A DNA stretch of 64,000 nt, taken from assembly GCA_951406725.2 (NCBI GenBank), contig OX597814.1:45632001-45696000 (forward strand), given 5' to 3'. Made by a program: the position numbers and the translations under genes. Position 1 is the first letter of the stretch. Every line of letters starts with the position of its first letter. This stretch comes from Octopus vulgaris (taxonomy: Eukaryota). Of the stretch, positions 39,850-53,400 are shown piece after piece. The notes under the pieces are model-generated. The model saw nothing but the letters and a program-made list of their open reading frames with translations. It ran no database searches and was not told where the DNA came from.

Positions 39850-40412
39850 AGCCATCTGGACTACTCCTCTCAACTTTGGTCACTCTACAGTGTCAAATCA
39901 ATAGCAGAACTTGAGGCAGTTCAGTGGTGTTACACCAAGTAGATTGCATCAATGGAACAGCTGAGCTACAGGAGGAGACTGAAAGAGCTATGACTCTACT
40001 CCCTGGAGAGAAGACAGGAGAGGTATGCAGATCCTGGAGGGGCTAGCACCAAACTTTGGCATTGAGAGCTATACCAGTCCCCAAACTGGATGTCACTGTA
40101 CTGTTCCGAAGGTCCCAACTATCCTGTCTAGAGTGAAGACTATGTACTGCAATAGCTTGGGATTCAAGGGCCCATAGCTAGTTAAGGCCTTGTCAAAACA
40201 TCTGAGGCATCTTCATTGAAGAGGGGTAGATGTTTTCAAGAAATAACTTGACCCCCTGCTATCCAAGGTCCCAAATAAACCAATATCCAGGCAGGAAACT
40301 CAGAAGAGGGCGGCAGTGTTGAACTCCCTCCTTCACCAAAAGCCAATCACATTGGTGGTGCTTCAGCATGACCACAGCCTTAGGGTTGAAACATTTAAAA
40401 GAATAAAAGAGT
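39850..40412 (+). mobile_element. CR1/L2-like LINE 3' end
   Basis: LEAVQ.., LSYRRRLKEL*LYSLERRQERY; ends in a tail shared with the SINE family. Confidence 0.75.
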
Positions 40413-40423
40413 ATACACACACA

Positions 40424-40998
40424 TCATCTTGAAACCAAAGATAGTTGTTTTTCTACTAGTGCTGATTTAAGCTGCTCAAACTGCTCACAGTAGATCTCCT
40501 TTGTTATTGTTTGGTTTGGGTTTAACAGTTCAAAGTGGACTAAACCTTTCATATCCCACCAAACAGATACTAACACCTTACGTGGGTGAAGACCTTTAGC
40601 CTGGGGTGCTGGTGTTTCTCCTTTTCCTACCCATTGTCTTTGGCACTCAATATTTTTATAGAGAACCCATTTCTTGTCACCAGTCACTATTCAGTCCAAA
40701 AAAGGTTCATTTGACATGTGACAGCAAAGAAGAGCACACATTCACTCTCTGTGCACGATTAGACTTAGAAAGTTTATGAGGAACCCATTGACCCAATTTG
40801 CTGATTTTTCCAATGGCATGCAGTTATCGATGAATGGTTGAATGACTAAATCCAAGCTTCTCTGCTAGTTCCTCAACAGTTATGATGGGATTTTGTTCCA
40901 CCAGTGTTAGCTGGATGTCCTCATCGAGGTCTACAGATCTTCCAGGATAAGGCTCATCTTCTAGGCTGTAGCTGCCAGCTTGGAATTTCTTGAACTAC
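40424..40998 (-). pseudogene. Mariner transposase fragment
   Basis: TGDKKWVLY.N..RQWV, GLHPRKVLVSVWWDMKGLVHFELL, WVP motif upstream; truncated before the second catalytic Asp. Confidence 0.9.
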
Positions 40999-40999
40999 C

Positions 41000-41745
41000 A
41001 AGGACAAGAGGAAAGACTGCACTAAGAAGCTTTTGAACAAACTCAAACATCCCCTCCAACTGAACTTGCTATGATTTTTCTCAGATGAGAAAAATTTCTG
41101 CCAGGATCAGATGGTGAGCACAGAACAACCATTGGCTTGCCGTGTCCCCAAAACATGTACTGAGTGATAAAACTCAAACATCCAGTCAACATCATGGTGT
41201 TTAAAATGATCACTCATGATGGTGACATTATGCTTCCATTCATCTTTCCACACAGTCTCAGACTCAACACGGAGGCCTACATCAAGTGCCTGGAGGAGGC
41301 AGTGCTGCCCTGGGTCAAGAGGGTGGCTGCTGGATGGCACTATGTCTGGCAACAGGACTCTGCACCATACCACACAAGCAGGAGAACCCAGTTATGGCTG
41401 TCGGTCAATTTCTGTGACCACATCACTCCTAACATCTGGCCACCTAACTCCCCAGATAGCAGAGAGACCAACAAAACTCCTTGTAACACCAAAGATGAAC
41501 TGAAGGCAAGGATTATGGTAGCATTCACCAACTTACGCAAGGAGACCATCCAGAAGAGTTGCAGGAGATTGTGAAGTCATCTGGAGGCCATGGTTGAAGC
41601 CAATTGGGATTTTGTTGAATAAATTTACTCTTTAGTATTTCAAGATATTTTTATGTAATTTTGGTAAATATATCAGTCAAAATGAGATTTCAGTGTTATT
41701 TTCATTTTTGTATAATTTAGATGACAATTTATTCATCGCACCCTG
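41000..41745 (+). mobile_element. Tc1/mariner-superfamily (maT/DD37D-like) 3' half with TIR
   Basis: FSDEKNF, WQQDSAPYH, WPPNSPD (following residues deleted); ends ..ATCGCACCCTG|TA. Confidence 0.85.
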
Positions 41746-41784
41746 TATCATTGTCATCATCATCATCAGCTGATGCCACTTATG

Positions 41785-42812
41785 CCTAACTTTTCTCGAA
41801 CATGCACATCCTGCAAAGCATACTGGCTACATTTCTTTCAAGCCTATGCATGTCCTTGGCTGTAACAGCCCATGTTTCACTGTCATGTAGCATAGCTGTT
41901 TGCACACAGGCATCATATAATCTGCCTTTCACTCTGAAAGAGAAGCCCTTTGTTGCCAACAGAGGTAGGAGCTCTCTGAATTTTTCCCAGCCTAATCTTA
42001 TTCTTTACAGCTATACTCTCAGAGCATCCATCTCCACTACTAACTTGGTTTACCTAGATAACAGAAGCTATCTACTACCACTAGCTTGCCCTCCTCACCT
42101 GGCAGTTTATGGAATCTACTTTCTGCACATTTTCAGAGTTTATTGTACCTGCGCATCTTCCACATACAAATGCTAGTTTCCCTATTAACCTCTGATATTG
42201 CTGCACCTTTTATGTGTCCAAAGCTTTGGACACATAATTAGTTGGGCTATGACTGTTACTTTCATCATCTGATCCAACAGCTTGATACCTCTGTAATTAT
42301 TTCTATCTAAGGCATCACCTTTATCTTTGTAGCAGTTAACTATGGTGCTGCTACACCAGTCATAGGGTATAACTCCTTTGTGAACCACATTCTGCAGTCT
42401 TGCATATTTCCAAGCCTCTTTCTTTGCAGAATCATTAAATGAAAGTGCACTATCATCCATGTCAACACATTTCTCTCCTATGACATCATAATTTTCCCTC
42501 ACACACTGTCTTACAATCTGAAATACTCCAGTTCTTTGGTCCTCACATCACTGAACATAAGCAAACTTCTTTTCTGCTTCTCCCTTAGCTAGATATACCT
42601 GTCTTCTGGCTTCCCTTCTGACTGTCTGATACAGTTCCCTGCTAACCACACTCTTCTGGGCTCTAATGGCCCTGTCTCCCTCATCATTCCACTACCATGT
42701 TACCCTAGGTCTGGATGGGGCTTAGCACCAGCTGCAGATTTGGTTTGTGGTACTCAGCAGGCTGTCCCACAGAAATTTTCATTTGCCCTCGATGTTACAA
42801 GTCTGTAGCTCC
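41785..42812 (-). mobile_element. Internally deleted RTE LINE
   Basis: CYKDKGDALDRNNYRGIKLLDQ joined directly to KLWTHKRC; the RT core is missing. Confidence 0.8.
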
Positions 42813-43248
42813 TTATATATGTATGCACACATATAAAGATATAAAAGTTTTCAAGACCTTCAGCTCTACTGCTACACAGACTTCAATTTAAAAGAAGGCT
42901 CCCCAATAATGCTATTGCATAATTTAGATCAGTACCGCTATATGATGGTTAAGAAGTTCATGCTACATGTCATTGACATAGCTAACCATTTGCAACATAA
43001 ACTTCAGGAAAACCAACCAGCTACTTGATTGCTACTTGTTGGTAGTATCAGGAAGGTGTCTGTCAAGTGTTGGTTCTCAGCCTCCTTCTGTTTATTATAG
43101 TTCTTCAAGCCATAACAGGAATTTAAAACCAACTGTCTGTGGGAACTCTGACATGCTGATGACCAAGTACTTGTGGAGATGGAAGCAAAACTGACAATGA
43201 ATAGGCTTTAGAGTAAACTCCTTGAATTTTATCAAGAAGTTTTACATA

Positions 43249-43634
43249 GGCGCAGGAGTGGCAAGTAGCTTGCTAACCGACCACATGGTTCCGGGTTCAG
43301 TCCCACTGCGTGGCATCTTCTACTATAGCCTCAGGCCGACCAAAGCCTTGTGAGTGGATTTGGTAGACGGAAACTGAAAGAAGCCTGTCATATATATGTA
43401 TATATATATATGTATGTGTGTGTATATGTTTGTGTCTGTGTTTGTCCCTCTAGCATTGCTTGACAACCGATGCTGGTGTGTTTACGTCCCCGTCACTTAG
43501 CGGTTCGGCAAAAGAGACCGATAGAATAAGTACTGGGCTTACAAAGAATAAGTCCCGGGGTCGATTTGCTCGACTAAAGGCGGTGCTCCAGCATGGCCGC
43601 AGTCAAATGATTGAAACAAGTAAAAGAGTAAAAG
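43249..43634 (+). mobile_element. tRNA-derived SINE
   Basis: GGTTCAGTCCC B-box-like head, internal (TA/TG)n, tail GGTGCTCCAGCATGGCCGCAG..GAAACAAGTAAAAGAG. Confidence 0.9.
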
Positions 43635-43901
43635 TGTGGTCTATCAATATTTCAATGTTATGGGATTAGAAGATACAGCTGCATGGAGTCAGTTTAGGTG
43701 AGATAATAACAGTGTTGAGCATTTTACAATCAAAGTGAATGTGACGGTCAGGGTTTACAGTTCAGCAGTAGGCCGCAGGGTAGATTTTTTTTCTCAAGTT
43801 TAGTCCAAAACAGTGGTTCTTAAATTGCAGAGAGCCAATTCTAGGAGCTGTGAGAAAAAAGTGTTGAACAACTTTTTGTTGTTTTGTTGCTAATTTATGC
43901 A

Positions 43902-44185
43902 ACTTTTCTTCTTCTGAGAAATTGGTTGGATGCTCAACATGACATCTTTTTAATGAGTTATTTCTTTGTTAATAATAATCAAAAGTAAAAATTTCAAAAC
44001 AAAGACTTATGAGCAAAACATTTAAAATAAATTTTGTTTTTGTACTTTTCTTCTTCTGAGAAATTGGTTGGATGCTCAACATGACATCTTTTTAATGAGT
44101 TATTTCTTTGTTAATAATAATCAAAAGTAAAATTTTCAAAACAAAGACTTATGAGCAAAACATTTAAAATAAATTTTGTTTTTGT
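43902..44185. repeat. Tandem duplication, 142-bp unit x2
   Basis: Copies start at 43902 and 44044 and are nearly identical. Confidence 0.95.
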
Positions 44186-44230
44186 AATTGGTTTGCAAGG
44201 TTCTTTATGTGAATTCGTTTGTTGAAGCAT

Positions 44231-44449
44231 ATTTTATTGTCTGGGGAGAGTCATTCTCTTTTAGTACCTTATTAACTAAACACTTACTGGTCTAATTTTC
44301 ACTCATTTACTTATTTTTTTTACTAAAATTTTCATTGCATCATGAAAATTTTAGTAAAAATAAATAAGTAAATGAGTGGAAATTAAACCAGTGAGTGTGT
44401 TAAATTAATAAGGCACTAAAAGGGAATGACTCTCCCCAGACAATAAAAT
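44231..44449. mobile_element. Fold-back (palindromic) MITE
   Basis: ~105-bp inverted arms around a ~6-nt loop; a related half copy lies at ~39087-39140. Confidence 0.85.
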
Positions 44450-44505
44450 TTTTAATGAAATTAAAATACAAAATGCAGTCTGACTATTTCAATGATTATA
44501 CTGTT

Positions 44506-47420
44506 TTTATTCAAATATTTAGACTAAATAGAATTCAATGACAATGAATACTTTATTTAAAACAAATATTACAATAAAAAAAAAAAATCAACTTACAAAT
44601 TAAATACAAATGCAAATTATAAAAAAATAAACAAATGAAATGGTTTCAAATGCTCTCTGCTTATACTAGAAGCTCATTATAGTATCTGCACAACCCTTGC
44701 ATACTAAAAGCACATAATGAACACCATCTGCACCAGCCTCTTCTGTAGATCATATGCAATAATGTGGCTAGATATAAAACTAAATAAAGAAGTTAGATCC
44801 TCGTTATTAAACCACTTTGATATAGATTATTGTTTTAAATTCCTAAAACAATGGTTATTTTTTCTATACTAAACTTTAAAGAGTACAGTAGCTGATAATT
44901 GATATTTCTTATTAATAAAATTGTTTTGAAGTTATTCAATAGTTTGCTGCCAGTTTGACAGAAAATCAGAATTGTCAGTGAAGGTTTGCAGATATGGAAG
45001 CATATAAAGATAACAGTTTTGATTTCAATGTTGAGAGCAGATTTTTTTACTTATACACAAGCATTAATTCACTGAATACATTAATGAATGAACAGTCACT
45101 TCATTCATCATGCAAACACATAAGTATTTTTTAATATATATCACATGTCATTAACTATTTAGTAAAAAAAATTGCACATTGGATCCCAGGTACAGCAATC
45201 ATTTACAAAAGTCCAAAAGGTGAATTATATAGACACATACAACAAAACATGATGAGAAGGTATGTGTATAACTGACTTGGTTATTTAAAAAGAAATCTTC
45301 TATACAGATTCAAGATATAAAATAATTGCATGCAAAATTTGACAAAGTATGGTGAAAAATGTCTTTTAAAAAAAAAGTTGTACTCTTGGTAAAATTAGAT
45401 GTTATGGGGCACAGGCTTCATATTAATTATAATGATATGTGGCATGATTATGGGAAATAGGATGGCACTTTTTTTAGTTGAATTAATAAGAAAATTAACT
45501 TTTTTGAATTTTAATATTTCTTGTTACTGATTTTAAGTGGTAATTGATATAAAAGAAGTACATAGCAAAAATAAATAAAAAAAAACCAACTTCCAGGTAG
45601 GATTTTATAACAGATGGGAAGCATTTGAAACTATAAGAAAATTTATAAAAGGTAAAAAATAAAATAAAACTTAATTACAAAGTACTGAGCCAGTTTGTTT
45701 ATGATTTAATACATAAAGATATAAATTATCTAATGGAAAATTGAAAAAAATAATTTTGCAATGAATTGTCTTTGAAAAATGCCATTCTCAAGAGAACCAC
45801 ACATTTGGTTTTAGAAGAAAGTGGGTATATCTACACATTAGAACAGTAGCTATCAAATATGTTTATAAAGTAAGGTAAATTTAAGGCAGATCTTTTACAC
45901 CAAATGTTTTTGTTTCTGTTCTTAATAAATATGACTTAAATAAATAATTGCAAACTAAAACAAAGACTGAACTTTTAAGTTTACTTGGAAATGATACTTG
46001 AAATAAATATTTTTGTATAGGTGAAAAGAATATAAAATGTAATATAAAAAAAAAATAGAGGGAGGGGAAAATAACATTTGAAAGGAAACTTATTTTATGG
46101 TGATGCATGTGAAACAAAATTTGAGTTTAGTGATACTAAGAAGGCAGTGGAGACCAATAATAAACACAGATTTATTTGATAATATAACATTACTGGTTAA
46201 CTTTTCATTTTTACTTCTTGATAAATTACTGTAAATGTTGTGAAATATGTGAAGTAATTCCATATGAAAATAAATTTAGAGAAGAAAATTTTAAATGAAC
46301 AGGTAACTTTATAGAAGTTTCTATGCTTAATAAAAAACAAAACAAACTTTATAATGGCAAAGAAAAAATATCCAAGTAATACAACCGGTGCTTTATCATT
46401 TTATATTCTTTGCAGAGAGTGAACATGTTTATTTTTAATCTTTAGTAATAAAAGATAGTCATTGGATAGAATATCAACTGTAATTAGTCAAAATTATAGA
46501 ATGCATAAGATTTTATATCTATTGATATAGTTCACTTCTTTACCAGTTAAGAAGAAACCAATCTAGTGATAGAATTTATTTTACCATCAAAAATATTTAC
46601 AAAGAATAACAATGAAAATAAAATGGCTAGGTGTGCCTAACAACAGTTCTAATCCTTTATCAGTCTTTATCAGTTCTAATCCTTTATCAGTCTTTATCAG
46701 TTCTAATCCTTTATCAGTCACTTTCAACATGTTGCTTATTGTTCCCCATTATGTCACATGACCAAAGCTACTCTGGCTTCAGAAACTGTATAAATAGCAC
46801 ATTTTTCAGTTATCAAAATTATTAAAATGAATGATTTGAATGTAAACCACTTCACTTTCATGCTCTTTCTTTCTCTCTAAGTATCAGAGAACATGTGTAA
46901 TTTTATTATCAAGAAATGGTTAATGTCTAACTAAGCCACATAAATTTTAAAGACAAAACTTGTAAATTGAACATCCGTTCAAAAATTGAATCTCTCAGAT
47001 ATGAATGCTATGGGAAGATGAAGCATATGATACAGTAAGTAAATATAGAAATACATGATCTTGTTTTATGTTGGTGAAAGGTATATGTAATTAATAAAAA
47101 TGATTCTAATGTTTACATTAGAAGTATTATTATACTAGTGCTGATTTGGCAAACGTCTGGCACTAGGATCCAGTTAGGAAGATGACAATGAAAAATTGTG
47201 GTAGATTGGATACAGAATATTACATTCCAAAAAAGATGACACCCTAAAGAATTGAAAATGATAGCTGAAAAGAGAAGTCATGTTGAAAATACTGGAGAGT
47301 GAGTGAATGCAGTTTGTTGCACATTGCTGACAGATCCTGGTCAGTCAGAAAGTTATTGTTGTAGTCCTCCCAATAAAATTGTGGAACCATAAACATTCTT
47401 TAAGCAATTTCACTTCCTTT
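44506..47420 (-). other. Probable ~2.9 kb septin-7 3' UTR
   Basis: TE-poor and U-rich on the minus strand; AATAAA at 44552-44557 and 44506-44511. Confidence 0.5.
46644..46720. repeat. 27-bp tandem repeat, ~2.8 copies
   Basis: Unit CAGTTCTAATCCTTTATCAGTCTTTAT. Confidence 0.9.
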
Positions 47421-47454
47421 TCAAAATATGGACTTCTTCTTATCTTTCTTTGTA
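47421..47454 (-). CDS. SEPT7: Septin-7 terminal coding exon
   Basis: Acceptor ttttattttctgcag; phase-2 join gives (D)TKKDKKKSIF*, matching the polybasic ..KKK..IF/LF end of SEPT7 orthologues. Confidence 0.85.
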
Positions 47455-50400
47455 CTGCAGAAAATAAAATGAAAAGTATTAAAATTATATCAAAACAAAA
47501 AATTAAAAGTATTAAATCATAAAATTCTTTTTTCACCAAATTTCCATTGGAAAGTAAAAGAATAATTGGAATTAAAGAAAACAATATTAGTTTTTCTAAA
47601 TGAATTTCATGTAAATGTAGCCAATCTCTCCCTAATATAGAGACTGACTCAATGCAGACAGTTTTTAAGCTGTGGAACAGAATCAACTAAACAAAGGTTT
47701 GCAAGATATATTTTCAGAGTTTTTTTTTAATGTATACTTCACAAATATAAAATTATATTGATAAAACCTTACTTTATATTAACAAAGAGTAAATTTGGTA
47801 ATAGCAAAATAGCTAACATATATTTGTAGAAAATATAAATAATAAAAATACCGAATGATTAAAAATAAAAGAAAATATATAAAAAATATAAATTTGGAAC
47901 TATTTTGTTTCAGACAACCAATCCCATAGGCATATCTATGAAGGAACAGCATCAGAAGAAAAGAAAAATCAGACATCACAAACAACATAGACAAAACATA
48001 TATGGAAACACTATGACCTTATAACTAGTTCAATAATTTATTTTAAAAAACGTGCAACAAAATGAAGTAAAACGATGACAAAGTAACTGAATATAATAAA
48101 TACTCAAACAGAATCAAATATATTTGAAATTTGAAAGTTTATGAATTTATTTACGGTGCTCCAACATGGCCACAGCCAAATGACTAAAACAAGTAAAAGA
48201 ATAAAAAAAAACATCCTCTAAAACAGAAACGGCAATATAAAATATGTAGATTTTTTCTTCTAAAATTCTTTATAATACTAGGGTATATAATTGATTTAAC
48301 TGACCTTAGTGTATATCAACAATAGATGTAGGAAAGAAAATGGGATTTAAACTCTAATACACAGTACACTTAACTAAATTGCAGAAAAAACCCTATAATT
48401 TCTTGATTAATACTGAGCACCAAAATACAAGTTATATACATTTAAATAAAAATGACAACTTTATTTTAATGCTATACTGTACTACAGAATATAATTATCA
48501 GTTTTTTTTTAGTCAACACTATGCATGAACACAGACATTTTCATGGATAGGAAAAGATGAATCAGTTGAACTAGTTTCAATCTTGTGTTGGGAGTTTATC
48601 AATGACTGAGTACCTCTTTAACGACCCACAGAGATACTGCTTATAAGCATACTAAATAAAAGATAGAACACATTCTTGGCAGGTAGTTTGATTATTAAAA
48701 TACAGGTGCATTGACAGTGTTTGGTTTCAAAGCTGTATCATACTATAGAATATATATATGTATTCTTAACCAACATTAAGAACAGACAGATGTAAACATA
48801 TTGTCTGTATATACAATATCTTTACAGACAGAAAATTTTGTATATTACAGACAAGGTGTTAAAATCTGTCTATTCATAGTGTTAGCTAAAAATCTATAGG
48901 TATATTCTATAGTACAATACAGCATTGACTCAATACAGTTAACACATTAGTAATTGATTAATCCAAATTTATTTTTAAATTCTCTCAGAAAAAGAATACC
49001 TGATGCTCCAGTATAAACTACTTTGAAAGTAGGCAAAGATATCTAGACTGTTACAGGAGATTTTCTTTCAAACAAGGTACACTGCTATAGATAATGTAAT
49101 GCAATAAAAATAGACAAAGAAAACAGGAGATTCTTGACAGTTTTGATGGAAGTAGATGTAACTAAAATTTCAGAAGCTATTCAACCAACTGCAATTAACA
49201 ACCATTTCAATTTTGTTCTGTTGACAAAAGAAATTTCACAAACTCAAAATCCTGTCTCAATAAAGAGAACTACCTGAGCTGGTTGCCATTCACAAGTTTA
49301 AAAAAAAAAATAATCAGAGAAATGGAATCAAAGAAATGTCTATCCTCCATATCAAAGTAGAACTTATAGGAAGGTTTTTACCTTAGTGTTAACACAAGCC
49401 AATGAAAGAGCTCTTATGTGGTCACTCAACTATTAGAAATAGCTGCTAAATCTCTTACAAATTATACCACACCATCTTGAAAAGAGAGTAGCATATTGAC
49501 AGATACACAATACCTAAGAGAAAGATGATTTAGTTGCAACTTAAACACCTTTGATTACAAGGTCTGCTCAATCAAAGACTTCCAGGGACTAAGATACTGT
49601 TGTACGTCCAAGAAGTGAACAAATAGGAACAATGTTGTTGATAAAATGAAGTGTGTAAACAGTTTGGAAGTAGAAAAAAAATGTAGTAGAGATTATATGA
49701 AGAGTTTAGATGACACTACATTTACTGAGCTGGAGTGAATATTAATGGCATGAGAAAAGTGTAAAGTGCCCTAGACAAATTAGGCTGTTATGGGAAAGAA
49801 ATGCTATCAAAAGTAGAGATGTAGTCAAGGGCTAATGGTAAGAGAAGCTTACATTATCACTACAATACAATCATTGAACATATGGTATGAAGCAGAGAGA
49901 GTCTATTCTCAGTAGAGGAAATAAAAGTTTCAGATATTAAATAAAACAATGATATGTAGGCAGAGAAAATTGCAAGACAACCTTACAAATAAAGAAAACA
50001 ACTATCTTGCATTTGTTCTACATGTTTATAGTTGTTGTTCACTTCCATGTCAGCTTCAACTAAGCAAAACCTAGGAGCAACCATGACAATCCTGTCCTTC
50101 TCAAAGATCTGAGATTACATTATCCAATGTGTCCTTCACTTCTGAAGACAGTATGGTGTAATTTGAAGGATAATTTGGCTGTTAATTCTCATAGGTTATG
50201 TAACCATGTAGAATCCCATTTGTTAACTCAAAAAGGCTAAGTGAGGCTGAATGGCTTATGAGAAATTTGTCAGGTAAAAATGTGCAATAAACCATGTCAG
50301 GATCAACTGCAAACCCAATGAAGAATTTATGTATGTAAATATAGTTTAGCTTGCTTTAAAAAAAATCATTAGCTAAAAATCCAAGATATAGTTTCAAAGA

Positions 50401-53400
50401 AAGACTAAATGTGTTTATAGTCATAAAATTCAAGGATTTCTATTATGTGTAGTTTATCTAACAATTAACTTCAAATATTTTTGTCAAAGGCTGGTCTACA
50501 TAGACTTTGTCAAAGGCTATGTAGACCAGAATCCTTAGTTGTGTACACAACCCTTTAGCATTCAGATTAGAATGACATTGTAAGGGAGGTGTGAGAGGCT
50601 GGATCTGGCTGGTTTGAACATTAAACAATTAGAATATTTGGGGTGGATATGGCTGGTTTAAAGAAGACAGTATGAGATGGACTGAGAACTGGCTATATTA
50701 ATTTTATATTAATTCCATTCAAATCAGCTAGATGTCATTATGTGTAGAAAAATATGCTTTACTTTAAATAGTTCTTTGCATGGGATAGTATGAAGTGCAG
50801 GAAAAGCAACAACAATATAAGGAACCAAGATATCAGTAATAAGAGAACAGAGAATCTCGTAGTGACAGTGAAGGCAACCAGATAGAAAAATAAGACTTGA
50901 TAAAAACCATTAAACACACACTCACAAAATATTTTGATAGGATCAAAGCAACTTTTGTAAGGAGTGTGTGGTGTACATAATTAATTAAATCAAAGTATAA
51001 TCCTGGCACTGATTTTATCAACTTCAAAAAGAGAGAAAAAGAAAAGACTGAGTTTAAATAACTGCTATCTGGCCCTGAATGGTAAGAAATATTGAAAAGA
51101 TAATGATATTTTTCATTAATCTATAACCCCTGTAGACTGATCTACTACGCTAATTCAAAATAGAGTCTCTAGCTAAAAAAGCACACATCCAAAATATAAC
51201 TGTTGACACTTGAACTATTAGGGAAATATTTGTCATTATTATACTATATGGCCTGATCATAATAGTTGTAAGATGAAACAAAATAAAAACCTTATATCAA
51301 TGAATAGTATAACCATTGCACCAAAAATAATGATAAAGGATAATATATCAAGTTTGAAGATTTTAAAATTTAATTATTGAACTCAAATGATTTTCATTTG
51401 ATACAGAGCAAAAACAAAATAAATGTATTACTCAAGACATGAGAATCTAAATTTCATTTATTTTACTTTTTTTTTTGTAATTGAAAAAAATAACAACAAG
51501 GCAGCAACTAAAGCTCTGAAATCATGCAAAGGAATGGGTTTGAGGCAGTAACATGAAGGTATGTATATATGAAGATGACAAGGTTCTGAAGAAAAACGAA
51601 AAAAAACAAACCCTCATCTAATAATACATACAATCCAATCTGTAAATGTAAAACTATTCCAGAATATTCACAGCCTTACCCACAATAAGGACAACACACG
51701 AAGCTCAAATGCTGAATAGCAGCTGCTAAGCAGGATGACACAGACATACAAAGGACACAATACAAACCACATTGGTTTCCACTTAGCAGGGTAAGACACA
51801 CAAGTTGCGAAAGCCACTGAAAATATTTGAGACAAATATTCACTATATCACAGGAATAGGTGAGAATATGCAAGCTAGATGGGATCAAGCAGTTTGAGAG
51901 AAGAGAGGAACCTCTTGAATAGAGGCTGTGCATAATTGAAAAGCATATTGTTCTAAATATTAGTCATACAGATTCTCAACTGAAATAAGCACATTTGTAG
52001 GAATTAAATTCCTTATAAGCAATTTTGAATTTAATATAAAATGACTAATAATAAGGATAATAATGAAAATATACATTAATTTTTTTTAAGACTAAAAAAT
52101 AAATTCATTTTTAAAAAATCAGGACGAACAGAATAACTACAGAAAGAAACAAAATTATTTGACATATATCATTAAAAATGCAAATAATAATGTATAATCA
52201 ATTAATTTCTAGAAAAATAGATACAATGCCAAAAAAAAATTTAAGAAACAAAATGGTAATCAAGGAATAAAATAGAGAAATTAGGTTTTATTCTCAAAGA
52301 ATAAAGTTTGTGAATGAATATATTCTTTAAAATAGACAGGAATAATAGGCCTTACAACTTGTTTCTTTTTATACAAATGTTTTCTCTCTTTGTGAAAGGC
52401 AGTGTAGAGATGTGCATGAAAAGTTATGGCTATACATATATATATATATATATATATCGCTGTGTAATACAGACACTGAATGCAGAGAATGTGTAATAAT
52501 TAGGAAGGAGAAATGAATTCAGTATAGTCTGTTGAATTTCCAGTGTTAACCTGGAAGAAAGGTGGAGCAGAAGTGAGTTGCAAAAGCAGCTGGGGTATCA
52601 AAGGCATTGGCCAATATATGCAGGACAGGTGACTGCTTCAAGATGTCATATGAATGGATGATGCATGCAAGTGAGGAAAAGTTATGAATTGGTCAAAGTT
52701 ATAACTTCACACAAACCAATAAATATTTGGGAAAAAAATGCCTGATTATGTTAAATTCTTACAAATAGGATGGCCAGTAGACAGACAACACAAGTTTGTG
52801 GACCCATTGCAATATTCAAATGGTAAACTATACTGTTGATGGTAATTATAAAGATACTTGCAATATTGAAATATGTATATATAGAGACACTTTTGAGCAA
52901 AATTTGAAACATTCTAAGTATGGCAATGAATCTCATAAACAATTATCGATAACATTCATAATGGTTAATCCAAATAAGGAGGCTTTCATCAGATATATTT
53001 AAAGAAAAGTAATAAAATTAAGCAAGATAATAGCTATTGAAGAAAAGCACCATTTTTAGAATAACAAAAGTATGTTATACCATACCACTCTATCTTTCAA
53101 ATGGATGAGACAAAAATTGGTGCATCACAGGTATCTCTTGTTTTTTATTTTTCTAATTTCTTATAATTTTTTTTTTTTACAAGAATGGGTAGCTGGCTAA
53201 GCACAATTCTTTTGAAGAAAATTACTTTTTTCTATAGGGAGAATTGAATACTTTAATGTAAGCCAACAAAAATTTACCAATATCACAGGGCTATCACTGC
53301 ATACACAGCAATCTATATCACCCCGTGGTAGTTATTTAGAATTAGGTGGACTCATTGTAAACTAAACCATAAGAGAAAAAGGAAGTAGTAAAATATTTTG

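Noticed and set aside
41164-41574. Active or domesticated transposase
   Set aside because: The N-terminal DNA-binding part is missing and the region after PPNSPD, with the third catalytic residue, is deleted.
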